The notes under the pieces were generated by a model. The model did no database searches. It saw only the letters and a program-made list of their open reading frames with translations, and was not told the DNA's origin. Positions 11,771 through 23,000 of a stretch of DNA of 64,000 nt are shown here, one piece after another. The DNA is taken from NCBI GenBank assembly GCA_012295275.1, contig CM022670.1, positions 17,484,001-17,548,000 of the forward strand, given 5' to 3'. Both the position numbers and the translations under genes were made by a program. This DNA is from Chrysomallon squamiferum (Eukaryota > Animalia > Mollusca). The stretch's first letter is position 1. Every line of letters starts with the position of its first letter.

Positions 11771-12740
11771 AAAGTACAGTGTTATATCAGAGTTTAGCAT
11801 TACACATATAGACATACCTATACACACACATATAAATACAAATACATACACACAGGCACACACACACATACATATATATATATACACACACACATACAGA
11901 GTCAATTCAAATATAACACAAGATATATATATGTGTGTGTGTGTATGTATGACTATATACACACACACATATACACACACAGATGTACACACACACATAT
12001 AAATACCCCCCCACACACACACACATCTTATGTTTGAATTGACAGAATATCATTCTGAAGGATATGTTAACTGTTGTATGCATATTAACATTAGGTACAT
12101 CTGTATGAACGTGTTTGTATGTATGAATTTGTGTGTGTCTGTGTGTGTGTGCGCGTGTATATATGTATATCTGTATGTATGTATGTATACTACACAAGTT
12201 CAATCTCGATTATATCTTTAATTCCTCTGTATCATTGTACAACATCATAGACAGTTACAGAACAAGTGTTGTAGATAATATTATTGTAATTACATTTCAG
12301 AGAACTGACTCACATGTGTTTCTCCCATGCCAGATATTTTCTCACGCTCTTGAACTATCTTTTACCCCAGTCACTCCGATAGCATCTCACCTCTCTGAAA
12401 AATACTGGCAAACCATTACTGTCCTGAGTTTCTTAAGATAACCCCAATGACAGTATTTACCATACATGAATGTCCCACGTGTCTTGGAGGAATTGCGCAA
12501 GGACTTTAAGTCTAACAAAGTGAAAGGAACCTGAGATACATTCATGGTGTTTACGTAGCTTTACTTTATGCTTGATGATGTTTTATCACTCCATTACAAT
12601 AAGGTAATCAATTAAGTGCTGCTTACGAAAACAACTCATAATTGCGTCTGTGGCTTCCCACTGAGCAGTTCTATTACAAGCAGATATATTTCTTAAAAAT
12701 ACCAGTGAAAATATCATTAACTTTCATTAGAAAATTGTTC

Positions 12741-14117
12741 ATGATGGAAGTCATAACTAGCAACAAAGGTGGTCAAAAGTTAATATTCAATCGATTCATA
12801 TACACGAAATACATAACATAAGGTGCCGATGTGTACAACACACTACTGATTGAAAGGCAACCCTAACCACAACCTTGGTTAATGATGTTCAAAAGTTAAT
12901 TGCAGCTCATAACCATGATCCATCGGAAACAAAAGTCGCAGCTGTTAAGTGCTATCCTCAGATGAAGCAGCACGCCAATCAAAGTTTCGACAAACCAAGC
13001 CAGATAGTAACTCAAGCCATGAGTCAAATTGATGTCACCGGCAGATTTGAACTTGGCAGGGAAGAGTCAATGAAATAAACCATACGTAACCAAAGACTTG
13101 GCCGCATCCCTCATCAACCTGAAACTCTTCGAGATCTTGTCATTGAGGGAAAGTGGGCGCTGACAACAGGTCCTGATCCTCAACAGTTCCTCGTATATGA
13201 CAACGGTCCAGATATTGACTGAAGAATCATCTTATTTGGTGCCAGTGATGCTCTGCAACATCTGACAACTGCTGAGACCTGGTTCTGCCAGCTGTATGTT
13301 ATACGCTGTCCCCTGGGGAACACTGCTGTGTCAACACTCTATACTCTGCTCCAAAGGAAATAGAAAGAGACCTACGAAAGCATGTCACATGCTATTGTCA
13401 ACAAGTGTTCTGAACTGCACCAAGACCCTGATGCTTCGATGGTGCGTATATAGCTTTTATGCTAGGGGACAATGTAACAGTACAAGGGGGTTTCTATCAC
13501 CTTACCCCTTCCACATGGCGGAAGGTGCAGGACTTTGAAGACGTTAAACTGTTCTGTGGCATGAAAGGCTCATTGACTTTACTTCCTGTTGATGATCTGC
13601 CTGCAGGCCTTCAGTTCCCTCGCAACAGTACACCAGAACAGATGGAACCTCTTCTGAATTACTTTGACACCAACTACTTTAATGGTACATACAGGCGGAT
13701 TCAGATGGCGAAGGACAAGACGTCATCATGCTCCGCCATATCCTTCCGCTCTTCTCTCCACAGATGTGGAATGTTCAACAGGTCACCCTAGATGGCGAAC
13801 AGCGGACCAACAATCTCTGTGAGGCCTGGAACCACAGAACTGAACATTTGTGTGGTGTTTCCCATCCTTCTGTGTGGAAATTAATTCAATGGCTTCAAGC
13901 AGATGCTGCCCAAGTCAGCACAACTCTCCTCAATTCTGCTCGCGGTGAGCCTCCTCGCAAACCAGTCAAACGTGTGTACACCCAGCTACAGTCTCATCTT
14001 CACCAGTTATGTGAGGACATACGAGGTGGGAGCAAAACTGTTGAAGCATTCCTTCAAGGAGCTGGTTACAACATCCGCTGGAAACCTCATGGCAATCAGA
14101 ACCAAGAGGTTGAGTGA
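12741..14117 (+). mobile_element. Decayed Mutator-like (FLYWCH + MULE) DDE transposase pseudogene
   Basis: MEVITSNKGGQKLIF (FLYWCH-type start), HNHDP, G(C)FYHLTPSTWRKVQ, LLNYFDTNY, PLFSPQMWNV, RTNNLCEAWN and HPSVWKLI are typical of animal MULE transposases. Several frameshifts and stops. Confidence 0.85.
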
Positions 14118-14229
14118 AGATGCTATGTATATATTATTCTTAAATGTAATACATGTATGAATAAATTGTTTTTTCAAAAGTACTTTCATGTTTTTTTATT
14201 TTTAAGCAACTATAAACACAAAATAAATG

Positions 14230-14347
14230 TCATGTGTGAGTGTGTGTGTATATACAAATACATATACACATACATACACGTACACACACATACATACATA
14301 TATGGAAACACACACCCACAAACATATATATATATATACACACACAC

Positions 14348-14428
<81 letters not shown>

Positions 14429-14531
14429 CGTACGTACATACATAGATATAGATATATCTAGATACATATATATATATATACACACATACATACACATATA
14501 TACCTTATGCTATGTTTGAATTGACTGAATG

Positions 14532-14570
<39 letters not shown>
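14230..14570. repeat. Compound (CA)/(TA)/(TG) microsatellite block
   Basis: Perfect (TA)n at ~14361-14422 and (TG)n at ~14533-14568. This block is the source of spurious YIYI ORFs. Confidence 0.95.
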
Positions 14571-14574
<4 letters not shown>

Positions 14575-14636
14575 CTTGCACATGTACTTAGATGCATGAG
14601 TACATTCATACATACAAACATGTTCATATGGTTGTT

Positions 14637-14799
14637 GGAAAAAATGGCATCTGAAAAAATGGCACTTTATTTATTTTTTCTGTATGGTTGCTTTAAAAAA
14701 AACTAAAAGTACTTTTGAAAATACAGTTTATTCATGCAGGATTGTTACATACGTGTACAGTAATATATAGCATCACTCAACCACTTGGTTTTGCTTAAT
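14637..14799 (+). repeat. Putative MULE terminal/subterminal repeat, copy 2 (same orientation as copy 1)
   Basis: ggaaaaaatggcatctgaaaaaatggcactttatttattttttctgtat...aaaagtacttttgaaaatac...cttggttttgcttaa, a direct repeat of 11581-11770. Confidence 0.55.
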
Positions 14800-14805
14800 C
14801 TTTAA

Positions 14806-15180
14806 AAGGCTAGAATTGCCCCAAGTGGTGGAGTAAATAAAACACACACATATTAATCAAGTTTCTTCTGCTGAACTTAATAACTGGTTTTATATTACCT
14901 GTTATAAATTATCATTAACCTTATGTCTATAGACCTAACGAAATAACCCTCATTTTTGAAACCTCAAAATGCACTTTTTTTTCACAACCTTGTTGATTTC
15001 ACTACTTTCATGGCCACTATACTCCATATGTAAATTAGATACATCCTTTGTTCTAATGAGAAATAGCAAGGTTTTTTTTATATCATCAAAGTTTCAGAAG
15101 TTCCAGTACTGTGGCTGCAAGTTATAATTTACCTTGGGGGCCAGAAATGCCCCAAGACCAGAATTATCCCATCTTACCCT
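14806..15180. mobile_element. Possible pogo/Tc1-mariner-type DNA transposon end fragment
   Basis: Repeated gaa(t/a)tgccccaag subterminal motif and a terminal ...cccatcttaccct. No partner end was found. Confidence 0.25.
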
Positions 15181-15299
15181 ACATTTTGTCCAGATATTTT
15201 CTTCAAATTTAATTGTTCCATTATTTATCTGTATAATAATAGAGGTTCAGAACATTTTGGAATCTAGCTGAAGTTAATTGTTGCTGTGCATTTTGATTT

Positions 15300-18200
15300 A
15301 TATATATATATATATATAAACTGCTTAGCAATTAACAATAAAATTGATTTTACATTACCTATTTCAGAATAATTTGGACTGCCTAAAATTATTGTTTGTG
15401 CATTTATTTGAAATATCACAGTGATCCAAAATGTCTGATATATTTACATAAGCAAAAGTGTGCATTAAATCTTCACTAAACATGACAAAATTCACATTTA
15501 TCTCATCTTTTACACCATTCAATACTAAATGCTTGTTTGTTGTTAAGATAAATAACAAGATCTTGTATTGAAAAAATCTAAGCCCTGTGTCTTCAGTTAG
15601 CTTCAATGGAAGAATATGCTTTTCCACCATTTGTCAGAGAACTTTATACCAAGAATAGAGTGTCCTTTTATTTTTGCATTTATTTTATGTTTTGGAGTAG
15701 TTTCTATTATACAAATTGTAGAATATTTTTTTTTTTTTACAAATATTTGTTTTAAGCTGTTCTTCTAAACAGTTAGGAGTTCCTGATATTTGTAATGTTA
15801 CTTGGTCTGTATGTAAAGACAGTTTATAATATTTTTTAATTGTTAATATCAAACCATTGAAAACCATAAATGGTGGTCTAAAGTTACATTTTTTACAAAA
15901 TGCAGTGTATGAAAGAGAGTTGAAAATAAAATAAAATTTCGTTATTTCCCCATATCTTATGATAAACACAATTATTATCAGTTTTCATATGAGAGTTATA
16001 CCAATTCAGTAGACTTAGTGTTTTTATCTTGTCCCTTGTAGCTTCAAGAAAGTTTGACCAAGTATGCATTTTTCCAAAAAGAATTTTGCTTTATTGAAGG
16101 CTGACCACAAAATTAATATTAGTGAAACTCTAGATTGCAAACAATTGCTCAAAAGAGAGGCAGTGTCTTGGTTCAAATACATACTTTTAATCCAGGATAT
16201 TTTTAATGCTATAGAAAATAACTTAACATTTATTGCTCTTAAACCACCATTTTGATAATCCTGAATTAATATTATTCTAGCTATTTTATCAAGCTTTTTA
16301 TTCCAAATGAAATAAAAGAAGCAGGTTTCTAACTTTTTAAGGAGAGAATCCGTTGGATTTGGCATTGAAGAAAAAAGATTAAAATATTTCGATAAAACTA
16401 AACTTTTGAAAAGTAAATTTTCAAAGAAATGACAAAGAATAGTTTGACCATTGTGCAAACAGCCTTTTAACCTCATTCAGCTTTGTTTAATTCATATACT
16501 TGATAGAGTACAAACGATACACCCAAAGTACTGTAAATTCTGTTTTTAAATACATTTGTCTGTCATTATTAGTCTTTGACTAATTTTACAATAATAGTTT
16601 TATCTGCATTAACTTTAAGACCTGATATATCAATAAAATATTCTAATGTTACCACAGAAATAGTAAGTTTGATCTCACCAGCAGTGTTGTGTCATCAGCA
16701 AACTGAAAATTTGAATCCATTGCTGTTTATCTCAATCCTTTGTATATCTTTGTTACTTCTTACCAAGATTCCAAGAATCTCAACACATGAAATAAAAATA
16801 TAATGAGATAAAGGATCTTGTCTACATCCTCTGCCAAGTTTAAAGCATTCAGCGATCTTACAATTTAGATATAAACACAATTTACCTTCATTATAAAAGG
16901 TTGAGACCCAAAACTTAAAATAAGCTAAAGCTTTTTCAAAATCGACAGTTAATAACATCCCAGGTTTATTTTGTGTGTTTGTATAATGTATATATCAGAT
17001 ATAAGTAATGTTACTTATTGATTGGCCACATATAAATCCATTTTGATCTCTGAATACTACTGATGAGAATATGGATTTTATTCTTTCTGCAATAGCTCCT
17101 GACCATAATTTGTAAATAATGTTTAGGCGTGATATTGGTCTCCTTTTCTTAATATGTTCTTTTGCCTTATCTTTCTTTGAAATAAGTGTAATCACATCTG
17201 ATAATTGTGAATCTGATAACTTACGATGCTGATATCCAAGATTTAAATGTCTTATAACAAAATAGCTAATATCAGACCAAAAGAATTTGATAAATTCAGC
17301 AGAGTCTCCATCTGTTCTCAATGACTTTAAATTATTCATTTTTCTTAAAGCATTAGTAACTTCTTTACAAGTCAATTATCTCTCTAGTGATTTTGAAACA
17401 ATATCAGTCATGGCTACTGTACAGTTATTTAATGTTTTGTCTAGATCTATATTAATCAAATCATTGTCTTGATTGGCATATAATGTTTTATAAAAAGCTA
17501 CTTCTTCCTCAATTTATTTTTGATTTTGTAGTATGTTATTAAAACCCACAAGTGATAACATTATATATATATATGTATATAGATATAGATATATATTTAT
17601 TTACAATTTTCATTATTAAAATTGTTCCATTTATTTGCACAAGTAACTATGTATAAGCAAAACCTTCAAGGATATTTAACTATTACACCTATATTTACCT
17701 CTACATGAATGCCCTGTAACCCTTTAATTTTTTGATAAAACTTGGCTGTAGCTGACCAAAACTAATAAATAATCAAGGACCCCCTGGAGACATACTGACT
17801 GCCCTTAAGACAGAATGTGTGACTAACAACACAACTAACTGTATTTTCCAAGCATTAAATGGAATTATTAGGTATTACAAATAAAGTGTATTGTCTTTAT
17901 CTATTAATACATTCAATGCTTTTGTCACATAATTTCTCTTTTATAATCTACTTTTTTTTTTTTTATAGTTTTTCCCTACTGATTGAGTAGAAAAGTAAAA
18001 AAAGTTCAGTTTTTCTTTCCCGAGTTTTTAGTTGAGTTTTTAAATTACAAAAAAAAAATGTTTCTAAAGAATATCTCATCTTTAGCTAAGTAGAAAATCT
18101 ATGTTTTTAACTTTTATATCTTAGATGCAAAGGCAATTTTTTTGCCTATTTCCATCAGTAAAATTTCTAAAAATGAAGTTGTCAAAAAGTTTGCTTTTAG

Positions 18201-18960
18201 ATAGAGTATCAAAGTTATAAGGAACTGATAATGCATGTTTTTTGTCTCTAATAAATTCTTTAACCATAGAAACATAATTTTTAACAGATAAAATGCAATT
18301 ATTAAATTTGCAAAATCTGCTTCCTCTAAAAATTTAATTTCAAGTACAGGACGTGAGTGATGAATTCTGTTGCCCGTTTCTACAGATGGATTGCAGATGT
18401 ATGTTAAAACATCTTCACCAATATAAAATCTAGACTTTGTTTAAATGGGGTTTTTTGCTGCCACCATGTTTATCTTTTACTATCTGATATCACCAAATAT
18501 CCACTAAGTTATATTCTTCAGTTAGATTTAAAAGTTCGATTTTAGCTTTTGGATTGCTTATCATAATTTGACATATCTACAAATTTGTCCACGATTAAAT
18601 TCCAGTCTCCACTTATTATATACGATGTTACCCATTTTCTCTTTAGCTGTACCCAGTTTAGAAAATGATGGTTTATCTTTACTGGTTGGACCATATATGT
18701 TAATGTATATGTTGCTAATAAATTACCATCAGTGGTGCTTCCTTGACTGTGTACAGTAAAGTAAGTTTTACTGTCATTAAAAGAAATGTCACATACCTGG
18801 AATTTCTTTTAAATGAACTGAAATAAAAAATACCTATGTCTCCATTGAGACCTGATTATAATTTCTTGATCTTTTATGAAGTGTGTATCTCATAGCAAAT
18901 ATATATTAAACCATTTATCTCTTAAATAATTAAAAATGTTTTTTCTCATTAGTTGATAGA
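15300..18960 (-). mobile_element. Decayed L1/Tx1-clade LINE, near-complete ORF2 (APE endonuclease, RT, zf-RVT)
   Basis: Endonuclease: RKNIFNYLRDKWFNIYLL*DTHF, INIYGPTSKD, IISGDWN, NLVDIW (18960-18400). Linker: FLEILLMEI. RT: RPISRLNIIYK, DQNGFI, LLTVDFEKA, GRGCRQDPLS, FQFADDTT. C-terminus: FFQYKILLFILTTN. Many stops and frameshifts; interrupted at ~17560-17880. Confidence 0.85.
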
Positions 18961-19199
18961 CATAATTTTTAATGTATTAGACTTATGTATTTGTTAAGAG
19001 ACCAGCTCCTTTATTACATTGTATAATTAATTTTTTTTTTAAACCACAAGATAGAATATCAACTGTTTATGGATTTTTTTGTACACACTCTTATATCCAA
19101 TTTTGTATCCTCTTTTCTCCATGGTATTATTTAAAAATAAATGGTCCATGTTTAACCTTTAAAATTAAAAGGTTTATATTTAGCACTATATTCAATGGG

Positions 19200-19520
19200 A
19201 TAGGGATCAATGGACCTCAAAAACTGAGGCAAAAATTCTGGGACAGAAAGTATGTCGAGCCAGCCAAATTATGGAAATCCAGCAATTAAATGGAAACTAG
19301 TCAGGGTGGTGTAGGTGAACTTCTTTTGGAGGGAGGAAACTAGTTGTTAAAAACAGTTTGTTTACTTCAATCCATGCATGGACTTTGTGAGTGTGTTGTT
19401 GTAACATACATAGCCTACAAGATACTCAACAGCTCTTGAGGGACATCAGGATGTTAGCTGACAGAAGCAGTTCATGGACAGTTTAAAACACTGAGAATTT
19501 CCCTCTGGGTTGGTTCCAAA
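19200..19520 (+). mobile_element. Possible DIRS/Ngaro-type gag-like ORF fragment (decayed)
   Basis: GPQKLRQKFWDRKYVEPAKL, FTSIHAWT and QQLLRDIRMLADRSSSW resemble the gag-like ORF of tyrosine-recombinase retrotransposons. Motif recollection only. Confidence 0.35.
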
Positions 19521-20011
19521 AAATGGTAGCTATTTCATATAAATGTGTGTGTGTGTGTGTGTGTGTGTGTCTATGTATCTAAATAAATGTATATATGTAT
19601 GTGTGTATATATGTACGCATGTATTTATGTATGTATGTGTGTCTGTGTTTGTGTGTGTACACACATGACAATAATTTAATAACGAAAACAATCACAAAAA
19701 CATTGTTATAAAGCAGTTTAATGTAAAAACATAGCAAACAGAACAAAGATATTACAGAAACAATTTTGTCAAATCAGTTTCTAAAATCTGGAAAGTATGC
19801 GTAATTTACAATTGACACGAAAAAGCTGCACCAAACCACAAGCATTTATATATATATATATAAACAAAAAGATAAAAAAAAAAAAAAAGAGAGTTAATCT
19901 TAAACTGAATCTAAATCTAATCTAAATTAAAGAACTAAAATAATTAGCAAAGATTAGTTAGTATATACACAACATACAACTTTTTTGGTAAAATAGTTTC
20001 TTCTAACAGCT

Positions 20012-23000
20012 TCACTGATCATTGTTTCCTGAGGCTGGTGGTTTTACATCTATTTCAAAATCATCTTTCATAATGCTACTGCCATTCAAAAACTTGAATT
20101 TTCCATTAGCAGTTTTGACCAAGGGACAAACTCCATGCTGAAAGTTAGGATCTTCATCCTTAATCTGCTGAATCTTAAAAAAAAAAAAAAAGAACCCCAC
20201 ATACATGTTAATATATTAATTTCATTTGTTTACTAAGACAGTCCTTATGTGTAACAGTAAAATCTGTGTTAAGTTTATCTTAGGCATTTTTTTTTTTCTA
20301 AAAGTATGATCTTTCATTTTGAATTTTGTTTTTAAAAAAAAAGTAACAAAGAAAATAAGATAATTAATTTAATTAGGTATTAGATATCAAACTTGTATAA
20401 TTTTCTAAATGTAATAAATGTGACAAAACTTCAACATTTATTTAATGAAAATATTTTTAAAAATGTCTTGTGGGTCATTAAATGTGCTTATTTTTATTTA
20501 CTGTCAGTTTGTTTTCCACTCATAATACAGATAACATTGATGAAAATCAAAAGATAATTAGTTATCGAAACTGTTATTTCAGAGTAAAGAGTACATTTCA
20601 AAAGCTGAGCCATTACCAATAAAAACTGACCTATTCTGAATTTTGTTCATTCCAAATTTTAGACAAAAATTACTGAACATAAATAAAATTTATCAGTGAG
20701 CAGTTTCAGATTTGACTTAGGTTTTTGTACAAGTCAATAATTTTGTTTGGTAATGGAGTTTTAGATTTTGCTTCACAGATATAAAGTTCTGGCTGCATTC
20801 TGTATAAAGTGGCTTGTTTTATAAATTTCAAGCAAATCTGGTTATGATACATTCCACTGATGTTAAGAAAGCAGTTGATTCTATTTATTTGTTTTAACTG
20901 TGATAAAATATAAAGTCATACCTTTTCTTTAATCCCATTGTAAGCTAGAATATCTTCAAACCTGAGGCCACTAGGAATATTTTCAAAGGTTTCCCCTCGG
21001 AACACCACACGTATTAAATTCTTTCCTCGATCTACAACAATTATATAACATTATTTTTTTTTTTCTGGTGTAAAATTTCACTTACATAATTGTATAAAGA
21101 ATATTTTGCTTAAATTATGTTTTAATGAAAGTTAAACATTCAGTAGAAGTTAAAAGTGAACAATGTGTAACCAATGCATAAGGACAAAAAAATTATTAAA
21201 TAAAACAAACTTACATCAGTTTATTTAAACCTTATGTTAATCAGGTATAGTGTTTTAGAACTAACTTTCAGTCATACTTTCATGAAGGGGTAACAGTTGC
21301 AAAGTTGTTTATGTTCTTACTGTGATATTTTCTAAGAAAAAAAAGGTATTTTCTAATCAGATTTAAATTTAAATTTAATCATTACCTTCAAGTATATGTA
21401 GACTGTCCTCAATTCCTATTTGATCAGAGATTTTTCCGCTTTTTGGAAGAAGACCTCGAATGACTTCACCTAATGTGCCACCAATGCGACGATAGTACTT
21501 TTCAATTTCCTCTGGATGTTTTTCTATCTGAAACAAATTAATTTAACTATTTGCATATATTATCAGTGATATGTGTGTGTGTGTCATGTAATGCACATGA
21601 AATACTTTCAAGTGAAATTTGTTTCTGCTTATTCATCTTTATTATTAAAATATATTAATTCACCAAGCTCATGATTTATATTCCTAAATTTATCATGAAT
21701 GAATATATTTTTAAAAATCATGAATAACCAATGACACACCTGATTTGAAATGATTTACCAATAAAAAAAAAAAAAAAAAAAAACCCTCTTATTATTATTT
21801 CGTCTAAATTTAATACCAGCAGGTATACACTGATTTTAAAAGAAGAATTACAAATACATTGTAACAATTAGGTTTACTCTTAAGTAAGATGTCTTGGCAT
21901 ATTAATCGGGTATCTTAAAAATTCACATGAACAAATTTAAAAGAGAGATTAAAAAAAATAATAATAATTTTCTCTATCATTTCACAATTTGTAATTCTTG
22001 ATGAAAACATTTTCAATTTTTATATAAAATGTAGCAAAATAACAGTATCTTGCTAACAAGTGCAAAAAAATCATAGTTAGCTCTATAATAAAGTATTTGT
22101 TGACCAGTACACAGAGGCCAGTAGCAGAAATTTATTATCTTATTTCATGATATAATTTATATGTAATTCAAAAAATAAAATAAAAATAAAATAATAATAA
22201 TAATAGTAATAATTAAAGAAAATTATAGTAAATTTAAATAAGAAGGGAAAATTGTAAAATTATCTTACATATTCTACAAGTTCTTCTGATTTTGAAATGT
22301 TTAGGTCTAACCATGGTAAATTTCCTGTTACAAGGAGACAGCCCAGTATTCCAACTGCCCATCGATCCAGTGACTTGAACACATCAATCCAGTTACCCGT
22401 AGGTAATTCTTTTGCAATGTGTTTTAACCATGGTGGACTATAATGCACTGTTCCTAGATGAAAATATTAATTAAGAATTATATTTCTGTGTAATTGTTTT
22501 GTATGTACACAGATGTAACTACATCACAACAAATACAGATAAACACATTTTTCATTTTAAAAAACAAGGAAACACATTTTCCCTCAAAACTTTATATTTA
22601 AAAACCGATATTTAATAATAATGATTATGCCAATATCCATTAAATTAAATAAAAATAACAAACAAGTATTTTCAACAAAGAACTCCTATATATTCATAAA
22701 TATATTTATAAATTGAACTTGATCATGTTTGACATTCATAAAAATTCATTTTAGTTTTGTTTATATATAGTGTGAGTATAAAATGGGAATATCAGGAAGC
22801 TGTTATTATGGTATACAACAGAAAAAAAATTGCACAAATTAAATCCTTGTGATTCTAAATATATGTATGCTTAAGGGAAAAGCCAGAACTGACCTCTGAT
22901 GTTTGAGTAAAGTTGTGTGGATATTTTCTGATTTTGTGAAGTACAAAGCAGTTAAAAAACATTGCACAACCAAGATTTATGAAACTTTGGCTTTTCAAGT

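Noticed and set aside
11741-14519. Many ORFs rich in YI/HT/CV repeats
   Set aside because: These are translations of (TA)/(CA)/(TG) microsatellites. The same applies to 414-686, 31534-31749, 33011-33453, 54834-55172 and 60680-61345.
20610-20758. ccattaccaa...ttggtaatgg inverted pair in a kinase intron
   Set aside because: Only ~10 bp perfect and no TSD; too weak to call a MITE.
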